Of a stretch of 64,000 bases of DNA, positions 40,624 to 50,001 are shown piece by piece. The notes beneath the pieces were generated by a model that worked only from the letters and a program-made list of their open reading frames with translations, was not told where the DNA came from and made no database searches. Source of the stretch: Bdellovibrionales bacterium (GTDB taxonomy: Bacteria; Bdellovibrionota; Bdellovibrionia; Bdellovibrionales; UBA1609); contig CBDHDF010000006.1 of assembly GCA_965261545.1 (NCBI GenBank), positions 32,001-96,000 on the forward strand, written 5' to 3'. A program made the position numbers and the translations under genes. Within the stretch, counting starts at the first letter, position 1, and every line of letters begins with the position of its first letter.

Positions 40624-41546
40624 CCCAAGGGGTGGTTGACCATCCAGAGTTTAACTGAGTGAGGTCACTTGCTGAGTTGACATTGGGAGGAGGGACTCCG
40701 CCTCTTCCCAATGTATTCCCACTGATAATACGACCAAAACCATAACTTAATGTGACCGTCCCGCGGCTCTCCCCTAGAAGGGCACCACTATAGGAAGAAG
40801 GGCGAGAAGAGGTGGTGGCGGTGGCAGAAACACTTCCTGTTGCGTAACTTGAAGTGATAGTTCCATTCCCACTCGATCCTGCATTGCTTCCCACCAAGCC
40901 ACCAGCCCAGGAGGAGGAACGAACACCGCTGTCTAAGGATAAGGCAAAAACATTTCCTGTTGCATAGCTTGAGGTGATTGTACCACCATTAGATCCCACC
41001 AAGCCACCACTGCTGGAGTTAGAAGTCAAAATAGAGGCGGACGCAGAGGATGCAGAGGAGGAAACATCTCCTGTTGCATAACTTGAAATGATGGCTCCTC
41101 TATTGTTATGTCCTACCAAACCGCCACTATTGGAGGAGATAGATAAGAGGGAAACAGAGGAAGCAGAGGAGGCAGAGGAGGAAGAAGAAAAAACAGCTCC
41201 TGTTGCGTAACTCGAAATGATAGTTCCACTATTATAGCCCACCAAACCACCACTGTAAGATGTGGACAAGATGGAGGAAGAGTTGATGGAGGCAGAAACG
41301 GTTCCTGTTGCATAACTTGAGGTGATGGTGCCACCATTATATCCCACCAAACCACCGCTGTAGGATGTAGACGAGTTGGAGGAAGGGTTAGGGGTGGAGG
41401 AAAGAAAGGAGGAAAAAACAGATCCTGTTGCGTAGCAATCCTTGATCCTACCAAAATTTATCGCAACTAAAGAACCCACATAATCTCTACCTTCCACATC
41501 GGCCATTTCAATACCAAGATTTTTAACAGTCCCACCAACTCTTAAT
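40624..41546 (-). pseudogene. Middle fragment of the GLUG lipoprotein (GLUG repeats)
   Basis: Repeated 'SGGLVGYNGGTITSSYATG(T/A/D/N)V' units with Ser-rich spacers. Confidence 0.88.
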
Positions 41547-43459
41547 CCCGAGTTTGACAGCAGCATCTGCGTCAAACGAATGATATTAAAGGATTAACGC
41601 ATATAGTTGTATTTTGTTTATCCACACTTGTGGGCATTAAGGATTCTGGGAGGGATGGGGACGCCTGCGGCTTTAAATAAGGAGTTGGCATTGCCAGTGA
41701 TATCTGTGCGGGTCCAAATGACTTGATCACGAATTTTAACAGGGATAGCCCTAACTTCCTTGAGTTCCCTCATGGCCTCTACAACAGTTAAAGGTCGCTC
41801 TTTAACATGACCAATGCCTATGGCTGGGCTTTTTAGGTTCATCTTCTTATCTCTTAAACATTTTGTAAGGTGGGCCTCACAAAGATAAGTTAAAAAGCAT
41901 AGAGTTAAATGTCCAATAATCCTCTGGTCTGTCCAATGGAAAACAGGACGTGTTTTCAAAGTCCCTTTTAACTCACCAAAAGCATCTTCAATTTTCCACA
42001 ATTCTTTGTAGTTGATAATAATCTCATCTGCCGTCAAGTCTTTGACATTTGTAAGGACGGCAAAAAAACCATCAATTTTTTCATCTAATTCTATTTGTTC
42101 TGCATTTAATTCAGGTTTTTTATTTTTGTCGTCAGCCATCTTTACATATTTCTTATAACCTTTATTGGAAACAAAAGTACTAGACTGAACACCTTTAGAA
42201 GATAGTTTTCCTTCGATCTTTTCAAGAAGGGATTCTCTAGATTTTTTATCTCTCTCTGCTCTTTTCCTAGACCAAGTCACAATACATCTATGCCCCCCAT
42301 GGTCTGTTTCGTAAACAGCAAGCTCATTCTCATATACCCAGCTAAAACGATTTAAATCATAGACCTCTTGTTTCTTTTCTTTTTTTAAAGATCCAAGCTT
42401 CATACCAACAATAAACTCGCTTTGATCCTCACTGAGTTTGTCAGTATTAGCCTTTGATAAAAGCCCCCTATCAGCCACAAAAATGAAACGGCGTACATTA
42501 AACTTTTTTCTCATTTTATCAACAATATCTGAAAGCGTCTTGCCTTCAAAAGTATTACCAGGGAAAACCTCAAAACCTAAAGGGATGCCATCCCGATTCA
42601 CCAACAAACCAAAGACAACTTGGGTGCAGTCTGATCGTCTCTCTTTACTATAGCCAAATTGACGAAGTTTCCCTAAGTCTGTTCTTGTACTCTCGAAGCG
42701 TAAGGTTGTTAAATCATACAACACAATGTCTACTTGGAAATTAAATAAATCTCGCCCCACCCAATAAAGCGAGTTCTCTATTTCATCCTTATGGGAGGCA
42801 AGTAAGTCCATAGACCGATAAATATGCTGGAGACTCAAATCACCCTTAATCATGTCTGGGTAAAAAGATTTTTGCCAATACTCAAAAACCTTTAACTTGG
42901 AACTAGGAGCAATAAATCGGCTGGCAACTAAGGTAAAAATCACCTTACATAAATCAAATTGAACTTTCTCATGAGAATCTTTTATGTCTTTGAGGGTCTT
43001 ATTGATACCCAGTTGATCAAACAACTTTTGTAAAATCAGCAAGGGACCCAAAATGAAAGTCTCTTCGATGTAAAGCTCCTTAGCCAATTGACTCACAGTG
43101 AGAAGCTCTCGGTGGCGGGATACGGCCTGCGCCAAACTATTAATCTTATCCTCTCCTCCTTCTCCAGCCTTACCTAAGGACATGAGCATGCGTTTTTTGG
43201 ATTTGCCTTTTTCTCTGTAGGACTCCACAAGGTGGTAGTAGCACTGACCTTTTGAGTTTTTAGTCGTTTGGATGTACATGAGGATATTTTCTACATATTT
43301 CTATGATATATCAATATTTAAAACGATAAAATCCTATTTTGTTTTCTACACTTTTTTTACGTCAATTTTAATTTTTCCAGCAGCTACCATTATATTTCAG
43401 TACAACCCCAATTTCTGGAAATTTCGCATTTTAACGCAGATGCTGCTGTCAAACTCGGG
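41547..43459 (-). mobile_element. IS1634-B copy 2, flanked by a 125-bp direct repeat
   Basis: Same 26-bp TIR; DR 41422-41546 = 43460-43584. Confidence 0.93.
41618..43279 (-). CDS. IS1634-family transposase (intact, 553 aa)
   Basis: 'YDLTTLRFES...FGYSKERRSD', 'FVADRGL', 'YKELWKIEDAF...RPVFHW'. Confidence 0.92.
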   Translation of the reverse strand: MYIQTTKNSKGQCYYHLVESYREKGKSKKRMLMSLGKAGEGGEDKINSLAQAVSRHRELLTVSQLAKELYIEETFILGPLLILQKLFDQLGINKTLKDIKDSHEKVQFDLCKVIFTLVASRFIAPSSKLKVFEYWQKSFYPDMIKGDLSLQHIYRSMDLLASHKDEIENSLYWVGRDLFNFQVDIVLYDLTTLRFESTRTDLGKLRQFGYSKERRSDCTQVVFGLLVNRDGIPLGFEVFPGNTFEGKTLSDIVDKMRKKFNVRRFIFVADRGLLSKANTDKLSEDQSEFIVGMKLGSLKKEKKQEVYDLNRFSWVYENELAVYETDHGGHRCIVTWSRKRAERDKKSRESLLEKIEGKLSSKGVQSSTFVSNKGYKKYVKMADDKNKKPELNAEQIELDEKIDGFFAVLTNVKDLTADEIIINYKELWKIEDAFGELKGTLKTRPVFHWTDQRIIGHLTLCFLTYLCEAHLTKCLRDKKMNLKSPAIGIGHVKERPLTVVEAMRELKEVRAIPVKIRDQVIWTRTDITGNANSLFKAAGVPIPPRILNAHKCG

Positions 43460-44102
43460 ATCCTGTTGCGTAGCAATCCTTGATCCTACCAAAATTTATC
43501 GCAACTAAAGAACCCACATAATCTCTACCTTCCACATCGGCCATTTCAATACCAAGATTTTTAACAGTCCCACCAACTCTTAATGTAAGAAATAAAGCCG
43601 CATTACCAGTGGTCACATGGATTGTGGGATTCATAATTTTTTTGCCGCGTCCATTCAATATTCCTGAAAAGTTGGCAATGGGAGAAGCGTCTTGATTCTT
43701 TAAGTCAATATTTTGACCCATTACATAGTTAAAAGATGATGAAGAATACATAAAATGACCTAGCAATGCTAAGTGAGCAGGCGAACATAAAACAAAGGGA
43801 TCATTCGCAGTGCCCAAGCCAGGTAATTCACTATCCATTGTGTTGGGGTCATTGCAAATCTCTAGGTCAGGCTCCTCGCCGGGAATCTCTGGCGTGGGTG
43901 GAGCGGGCTCCTCGCCGGGAATCTCTGGCACTGAAGTTGGACTCTTTAACCTGTAACTACGATAGGAACTTTCTTCATGACATGCAGACAGCAGTAAGCA
44001 ACACAAAAGTAGTAAGAAACATAAGAACACATGGCCAAGAAATAAATTGCAACGCATGGTCGATAAATTGTAACGATATTCCTTCATTTTGATCTCCAGC
44101 AC
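43460..44102 (-). pseudogene. N-terminal fragment of the GLUG lipoprotein
   Basis: Lipobox LSAC, PEIPGEEP duplication, 'GLGTANDPFVLCSPAHL', 'FSGILNGRGKKI'. Confidence 0.85.
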
Positions 44103-44263
44103 CTCGGCCGGGTGAATGAACTCATTGGGTTAATGGGACTGATTTGGCAGAAGGGTTTTTTCGCATAAAATATTTATCAATGTGTAATTATTATACAGTG
44201 CCATCAATTGACGCACAAGTTATCATGCAGAATACTGCGTTAGGGCTCAAACGGCTTTAAGGA

Positions 44264-45079
44264 ATGGAATGGAGGTCTATGAAAATCATATCTTGGAATG
44301 TCAATGGAATTCGAGCTTGTGCAAAAAAGGGCCTCTTGGAGTTTGCATCCAAGGAAGATCCCGATATTCTCTGCCTCCAGGAAACCAAGGCCCACCCCGA
44401 CCAACTCGTATCTCAACTTTTACACCCCATGGGACGCAAAAGTTATTGGTCATCTGCTGTGAAAAAGGGGTACTCAGGTACTGTTACCTATTTGAAAGAA
44501 AAACCAGACAGCGTCATACGAGGTATTGGCCTCAGAAAATTTGATGCAGAGGGTCGATTTGTTGTGACGGAGCAAAAGGGCTTTGCTTTATACAATGTAT
44601 ACTTCCCCAACGGTTCAGCCCGAGAAGAGAGGCATTTATACAAGCAAGATTTTCTGAAAAAATTTACAACTCATCTCAAAAAGAGGGTGGATCGTAGCGA
44701 GGAGGTGATGGTGGTGGGTGATTACAATGTGGCCTATCAAGATATAGATGTCCATGACCCCCAAGGCCTCTCCAAAGTCAGTGGCTTTCTCCCAGAAGAA
44801 CGGGAGTGGTTTCAAGGGTTTCTCAATGTAGGCTTTACAGACATCTTTCGCCACTTTCATCCCAATGAGGAGAATCGCTATTCTTGGTGGTCGTATAGAG
44901 AAAATGCTAGAATTGCCAATAAGGGCTGGAGAATTGACCACATATGTTGTACAAGTGGACTAGCTCAAAAAGTAATATCTATTGACATTCTTGATGAGCA
45001 AATGGGCTCCGATCATTGTCCCATTGTCGTCGAGATGGAAGACTCATTTGACTTGGCCACCCCTGCTTCAAGAGCCTAA
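44264..45079 (+). CDS. xth: Exodeoxyribonuclease III
   Basis: SWNVNGIRA, LQETK, YFPNG, GDYN, GWRIDH, SDHCP. Confidence 0.97.
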   Translation: MEWRSMKIISWNVNGIRACAKKGLLEFASKEDPDILCLQETKAHPDQLVSQLLHPMGRKSYWSSAVKKGYSGTVTYLKEKPDSVIRGIGLRKFDAEGRFVVTEQKGFALYNVYFPNGSAREERHLYKQDFLKKFTTHLKKRVDRSEEVMVVGDYNVAYQDIDVHDPQGLSKVSGFLPEEREWFQGFLNVGFTDIFRHFHPNEENRYSWWSYRENARIANKGWRIDHICCTSGLAQKVISIDILDEQMGSDHCPIVVEMEDSFDLATPASRA

Positions 45080-45209
45080 AATAAATAAGAGTCATTTGCG
45101 AATTTTACAAACCCAATAGGCAAGCGAGGCACTCGTGGGCAGGCAAAGCAAAAAGCAACCTACAGTGGGCAAGTAAAGACCCAAAGACCCATAAATAAAT
45201 AAGGCACAT

Positions 45210-45749
45210 ATGCTATTGATTTTAATACTACTTTTGACAACAATTCCCATCATAGAGATTTTCTTGCTCCTTCAAGTAGGGGAAGCCATTGGAACATGGA
45301 ACACTGTGGGAATTGTCATTTTTACGGGTTTACTGGGGGCATACGCCCTACGAACCCAGGGTCGGGCCATATTTCGACGCCTAGAGCTTAAGTTGTATCG
45401 AGGGGAACTCCCCACAAATCCCATTGTCCATAGCTTATTTATCCTTATCGGTGGGATTTTAATGATAACACCTGGTCTTCTTACAGACCTTGTGGGCTTT
45501 GGTATGGTCTTACCTTTTACTCGCCCTTTATTCGTCGGTATCTTTAAAAGTTTCTTTCGCAAATTTGGTCAAGTACATGTGCGTACCTATAGAGCCACGG
45601 AAAACCCCTTCCATGGCCAATGGAAAGAGGTCCCCTCGGCGACAGAAGAAATAAAAAAATCCAAGACCTCCCTGTGTAAGGCCGACATCATTGATCTCAA
45701 TGCCTTTAAAGAGAAAAATAATCAAAACCACCCTCATTCCACAGATTGA
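45210..45749 (+). CDS. fxsA: FxsA family membrane protein
   Basis: 'IPIIEIFLL...GGILMITPGLLTDLVG' pattern. Confidence 0.85.
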   Translation: MLLILILLLTTIPIIEIFLLLQVGEAIGTWNTVGIVIFTGLLGAYALRTQGRAIFRRLELKLYRGELPTNPIVHSLFILIGGILMITPGLLTDLVGFGMVLPFTRPLFVGIFKSFFRKFGQVHVRTYRATENPFHGQWKEVPSATEEIKKSKTSLCKADIIDLNAFKEKNNQNHPHSTD

Positions 45750-45786
45750 TCCCCACCAGAATGGACGGCATGGAAATAGCAGCGTG

Positions 45787-46248
45787 CTAATTGCTAGAAA
45801 TATTTATGAGATCATAACCGTTTAAGAGTCTAGAAATAATTCTTAACTTTACGATATAAATGGCACAAGGAGGTATAGTGGATAAAAAATCTCTTTGATA
45901 CTCACTCAATTCACGGGGCCCCTTTGTATAATTCAACAAATCAATAAGGGTGTCCAACTCAATTTGAGCTTCGGCAATATCCAACTCACCCGTAGGTGTA
46001 TCACTTTGGCATAGCCTAGGGTTCCAGCTCTGTTCGCCCCCAGGAAGCCCACGCTTCACGCCCTCAAATTGCACCTCTTCTTTGCTGTTGTAGGTGTGAA
46101 TCTCTCCTTTGGAATCCTTCATAGTAATAATAGTTTTTTCTTTCCCTCTCCCCTCTAGCTTATGAAGAGTCTTTGATAAAAGGTGGGTCATAAATAAATT
46201 GTAAGTCACTATAAAAAGAAACCATAAAATAAAATTTCTCTTGTTCAT
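45787..46248 (-). CDS. Hypothetical protein with N-terminal membrane anchor
   Basis: 153-aa ORF, GGAG RBS, hydrophobic N-terminus. Confidence 0.55.
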   Translation of the reverse strand: MNKRNFILWFLFIVTYNLFMTHLLSKTLHKLEGRGKEKTIITMKDSKGEIHTYNSKEEVQFEGVKRGLPGGEQSWNPRLCQSDTPTGELDIAEAQIELDTLIDLLNYTKGPRELSEYQRDFLSTIPPCAIYIVKLRIISRLLNGYDLINISSN

Positions 46249-46490
46249 GATAACTCCATTAAATAATGAAATAACAACTAGGCTCCTTATTTGGTGCCTT
46301 GAGATGTATTGATTCGTAAAGTTGTGAAAAAGACCCCCCCCCCTATGATCCTCTTAGAACCATGAGGAGGGGGAGAGCAATTATTAGCAAGGAGACTAAT
46401 AAGCTTAGTAAACTTATCGGAGACCAAAAAAAATCCTAAACATTATTTATAAATTTATAATCTTAGGGCTTGTCGCGGCGCAATGCGTCT

Positions 46491-47474
46491 CTATTTTTTT
46501 TCAGGAAGATACTCTAGTAATTCTGTAATCTTGACAACTTCTTCCCCTGCACAAGAGTGATCACTGCAACGAAACGATACATTGCAATTGCGCCTTTCAT
46601 CAAGTTTATAATCCACCTCTCCTCTTACAAGAACCCCCTCTACCAGACCCGATTGGCTGTTAAAAACAGCTGAGCCTGAATTGCCCCCATAAGTGTCTAA
46701 ATTTGATATAAAATAAAAATCTCCCATAGACCTTACAGCAGCGCCACTAGAAACCTTCTTTGGCAACCCTGATGGGTGGCCTATAACCAGCAAAGGACTA
46801 CCTATGGACACAATACCAGAACGCCTTATTTGAAGAGGTTTCCGCCCTAAAACATTTCTATCTAGTTGAATAATGGCATAATCAATTTCTCCCGCCCCCC
46901 CATACTCAACCTGAATGATATCACGACAAGTGTAGACATCCTCCAAGGGAATCGTAGACGGATCATGATTTGGAGACTGAAGCTCATATCCAAAAATAAA
47001 TTTTGTTCTTTGACAAATATATAGTGAGGGCACACAATGTCCTGCTGTTACAACAATGTCTGAGTCTACCAAAAAAGCCGAACAAAAAGCGCCAATCCTT
47101 TGGTGATAAAATAATTCATCAGAGCATAAATTATAGCTCTTCCCAAATGGGTATGTATAAATTTCTACACCGAGACTTGAACTAGAAATATGGCTTTCAT
47201 CCACAAGAGCCAGAGTTGACTGTGACATTTCAATATACTTAGAGTTGCATACATTATACATATCCACCCTATTGTCATTGCCATATATAACCTTAGTTGA
47301 AAAAGAATTCAGAGTATTTAGAGTATTCAAAGAATTTAAAGAATTCTTATCTTCACATAAATAGTTGGACTCTGCTGACTCCGAATTGAAAGGCGACTGA
47401 ACGCCGGACCGACTTCCACCACAACTTAAAACCACAGAAAGACTCATAAAAAATCCGAAGTATTTCATCATCAC
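46491..47474 (-). CDS. Trypsin-like serine protease lipoprotein
   Basis: Lipobox VLSC; TAGHC, DYAII and GNSGS catalytic triad motifs. Confidence 0.9.
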   Translation of the reverse strand: MMMKYFGFFMSLSVVLSCGGSRSGVQSPFNSESAESNYLCEDKNSLNSLNTLNTLNSFSTKVIYGNDNRVDMYNVCNSKYIEMSQSTLALVDESHISSSSLGVEIYTYPFGKSYNLCSDELFYHQRIGAFCSAFLVDSDIVVTAGHCVPSLYICQRTKFIFGYELQSPNHDPSTIPLEDVYTCRDIIQVEYGGAGEIDYAIIQLDRNVLGRKPLQIRRSGIVSIGSPLLVIGHPSGLPKKVSSGAAVRSMGDFYFISNLDTYGGNSGSAVFNSQSGLVEGVLVRGEVDYKLDERRNCNVSFRCSDHSCAGEEVVKITELLEYLPEKK

Positions 47475-47629
47475 AATCCTCTAATTTTAGATGATAATAG
47501 TTCGGTAATTTATTTTATCTTTTTAATGGCTACATAGATAAACTAGATGGAGATATAAATAAACTAGAGTGAGGTGATATAAATTGTCCATAAAGTCCTC
47601 ATACTTATAGCTGGATCCTACATTCCCCA

Positions 47630-48247
47630 TTAGAGTTGAGAACAATCATTGGAGAGGATGGTAAGTTGCCAGACCTGTTCCCGCAACAATTTCTGAGACC
47701 CTGGCAACTCTTTCATCATTCTTTCTCGAAAGTCCACCCATTGCTTTTCAGAATACAACTTCTGGTTGATTCTTTTGATATTACAAAAAAGACTCATATC
47801 TGAAGCGTCCATCCAGCCATATTTCTCGCCAATTCCTCTCGGCGGCTTATCTCCCCAAGCAATCCTTACCATAAGTTCAATGGTTTCCCAAAAAGCGTCT
47901 TTGAGTTCCTTGACCTGGCCGATGCCCCTCTTACACTCATTGGATACAAGACGAAAGCTTCTTAAAATATCTCTAAAATTGAAAAAAAACTCATAACACC
48001 CCCCTGTGCTATTAGAGTTTCGACAATACTGGATATCTTTTTGAAATCCTGACCTTGGCATTCCCCCCAACTTTTGCCCCTTTGCTTTATCAACAAAGAG
48101 GTATTGACCTATGTCTTCCCTAAAGACTTCCATCTGGCTAGTACATATGTTGTGGGGCGGATCCATGAGAACAATAAGGAGCACTCCTCCGACAAGGCAA
48201 AGAGTGACAAGAACGGGTTGAGATAACTTAGAGAAAAAATTATTCAT
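47630..48247 (-). CDS. Hypothetical exported/membrane-anchored Cys-containing protein
   Basis: 205-aa ORF, N-terminal TM helix, several Cys. Confidence 0.65.
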   Translation of the reverse strand: MNNFFSKLSQPVLVTLCLVGGVLLIVLMDPPHNICTSQMEVFREDIGQYLFVDKAKGQKLGGMPRSGFQKDIQYCRNSNSTGGCYEFFFNFRDILRSFRLVSNECKRGIGQVKELKDAFWETIELMVRIAWGDKPPRGIGEKYGWMDASDMSLFCNIKRINQKLYSEKQWVDFRERMMKELPGSQKLLREQVWQLTILSNDCSQL

Positions 48248-48277
48248 TCATGAAAACAACCTGGCCTTTATTTTATC

Positions 48278-49831
48278 TTAAAAGTTCAAAGAGCCTTCAA
48301 GCATCAACTTAGAGTAGGTATCATAAGCACTACCATCACTCATGGCAAAGTAATCTCCCGGTGTGAGCTGACTGTAAGTCAAAGAGAGGTTAAGAGTATC
48401 ACTAAATCTCTTTCCCACCCATAAATCAATTTCTGAGCCTAAATTATCATTATTATTGCTGTTCGACTTCATCCAAGCTTTAGAGGCTCCCACAGAGCCT
48501 CCCCCCATGGCGTGAAAACTGTCAGCCCCATGGGTCGCTGAAAACATAAAATAAGAAGCACCTAATTGAATCTCACTTGCGGGCTCCAGCATAACACCCA
48601 TACCCATATAAGTGAGATTTCCCCATTGAAAAACATCTAACTCTCCACCATTGGCGTGAATGTCATAGTAGAAGGAGTCGTATCTCTCACTTCCATTGTC
48701 ATCAACACCATCCTCTCCTGAGTCTGTATGGAAGACACCATAGACTCTTAAGTTGGCCGCATTTGAAAAAGAATAACCTACCTTGAGGTCCACCATTGTT
48801 CCCGACCAATCCATTTCACTGCTAGCTAATGTTCCACTGTGAGAAGCCAAGGAAAGATTGTAATTTAAGTTCATAACACTTCCCATCGTGCTCATTCCAT
48901 ATCGAAGAGAAGAGCGTTCAGTAAAAGAACCTATAGTATCGGATTGATTTTGCATCAAATGAAAGCTAAGCGAACCCAACCAACTTGGAAGGTATTTGAT
49001 GTCAAAACTCCCTCCCACAGATGAAGCCTCTTTATCATCATAATCATCATACATGTTGTTTTGAGATACCCCGTCAGCAAAATTAATGTACCAAAAGATA
49101 GATCGCACAGGCTCCAAGTCATAAGTGACAACAAGCCCATCCATAGCCGTGGGAACCTGTTCAAAATCATTTTTCGCAAGAACAGAGCCATCTGCAAGCT
49201 CCAAAGATGTGCGTCCAAAGTGAATGGTCAATTCATCTGAAGCCATCCAAATTCCATAGGCCTGATTCACAGTGAGTCCATTGTCTGCCACAAACCGGTC
49301 AGGCGTTGCCATATGGGGGTAACCTTGACTTTCTCCCATGGTGACACCACTTTCATCAACGATCACCTGGTGCCCCCACCGATGGGTGTGAAGCAAAGTG
49401 ACATGTCCCAAAAATTTTTCTTGGGCACGAAAATCAGTGCTCAATCTGAATCTTTGCTCCCAGTAATCTTCAGTTCCCGGCGCAATTTTATCGTTACCAT
49501 CAGCACCAATATCTATCACATGTCGCAAACGCATATCCCCCCCTAGAGACATAGGCCGGTAGCCTTGATTCTGGTGACCGCCGCCTTCATGGCGGGGACC
49601 CGGGTGAGTCTGGTGGCCGCCGCCTTCATGGCCCTGGGGCCCCGGGTGAGTCTGCGGCCGATGGCCTCCTTGGTGATTCTGATGGCGGCCCTGTTGATCT
49701 TGCTCCTGACCCCATGACGCCCATGACATGGAAGCCACAAAAAATAAGATAAGCGATATAAACAAACTTATAATTTCTTGGTGGATGCTCTTTTGAATGA
49801 TTAGACTTTCAGTAATTCCTCGAGTTTTCAT
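48278..49831 (-). CDS. Outer-membrane beta-barrel (alginate-export-like) with His-rich N-terminal repeats
   Basis: Signal peptide, 'LGSEIDLWVG' strand, C-terminal Phe; HEGGGHQTHPGP repeats. Confidence 0.65.
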   Translation of the reverse strand: MKTRGITESLIIQKSIHQEIISLFISLILFFVASMSWASWGQEQDQQGRHQNHQGGHRPQTHPGPQGHEGGGHQTHPGPRHEGGGHQNQGYRPMSLGGDMRLRHVIDIGADGNDKIAPGTEDYWEQRFRLSTDFRAQEKFLGHVTLLHTHRWGHQVIVDESGVTMGESQGYPHMATPDRFVADNGLTVNQAYGIWMASDELTIHFGRTSLELADGSVLAKNDFEQVPTAMDGLVVTYDLEPVRSIFWYINFADGVSQNNMYDDYDDKEASSVGGSFDIKYLPSWLGSLSFHLMQNQSDTIGSFTERSSLRYGMSTMGSVMNLNYNLSLASHSGTLASSEMDWSGTMVDLKVGYSFSNAANLRVYGVFHTDSGEDGVDDNGSERYDSFYYDIHANGGELDVFQWGNLTYMGMGVMLEPASEIQLGASYFMFSATHGADSFHAMGGGSVGASKAWMKSNSNNNDNLGSEIDLWVGKRFSDTLNLSLTYSQLTPGDYFAMSDGSAYDTYSKLMLEGSLNF

Positions 49832-50001
49832 TTACGTCCCCTCCCTCTCTTCATCTTCATACATACACATATTACATTTTTTAGAGTATAAAGTTGTTAG
49901 TTAAAGCATATAATAATTATGGGGATAGTATATGGAGCAAGCTATTTTAGAGTCAATACATGGCCATGCGGGAGGCCATGATTATTCATAAAAACCAAAG
50001 A

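Noticed and set aside
46330..46410. C-run/G-rich hairpin as an ncRNA
   Set aside because: Weak pairing, single occurrence, no recognisable family features.
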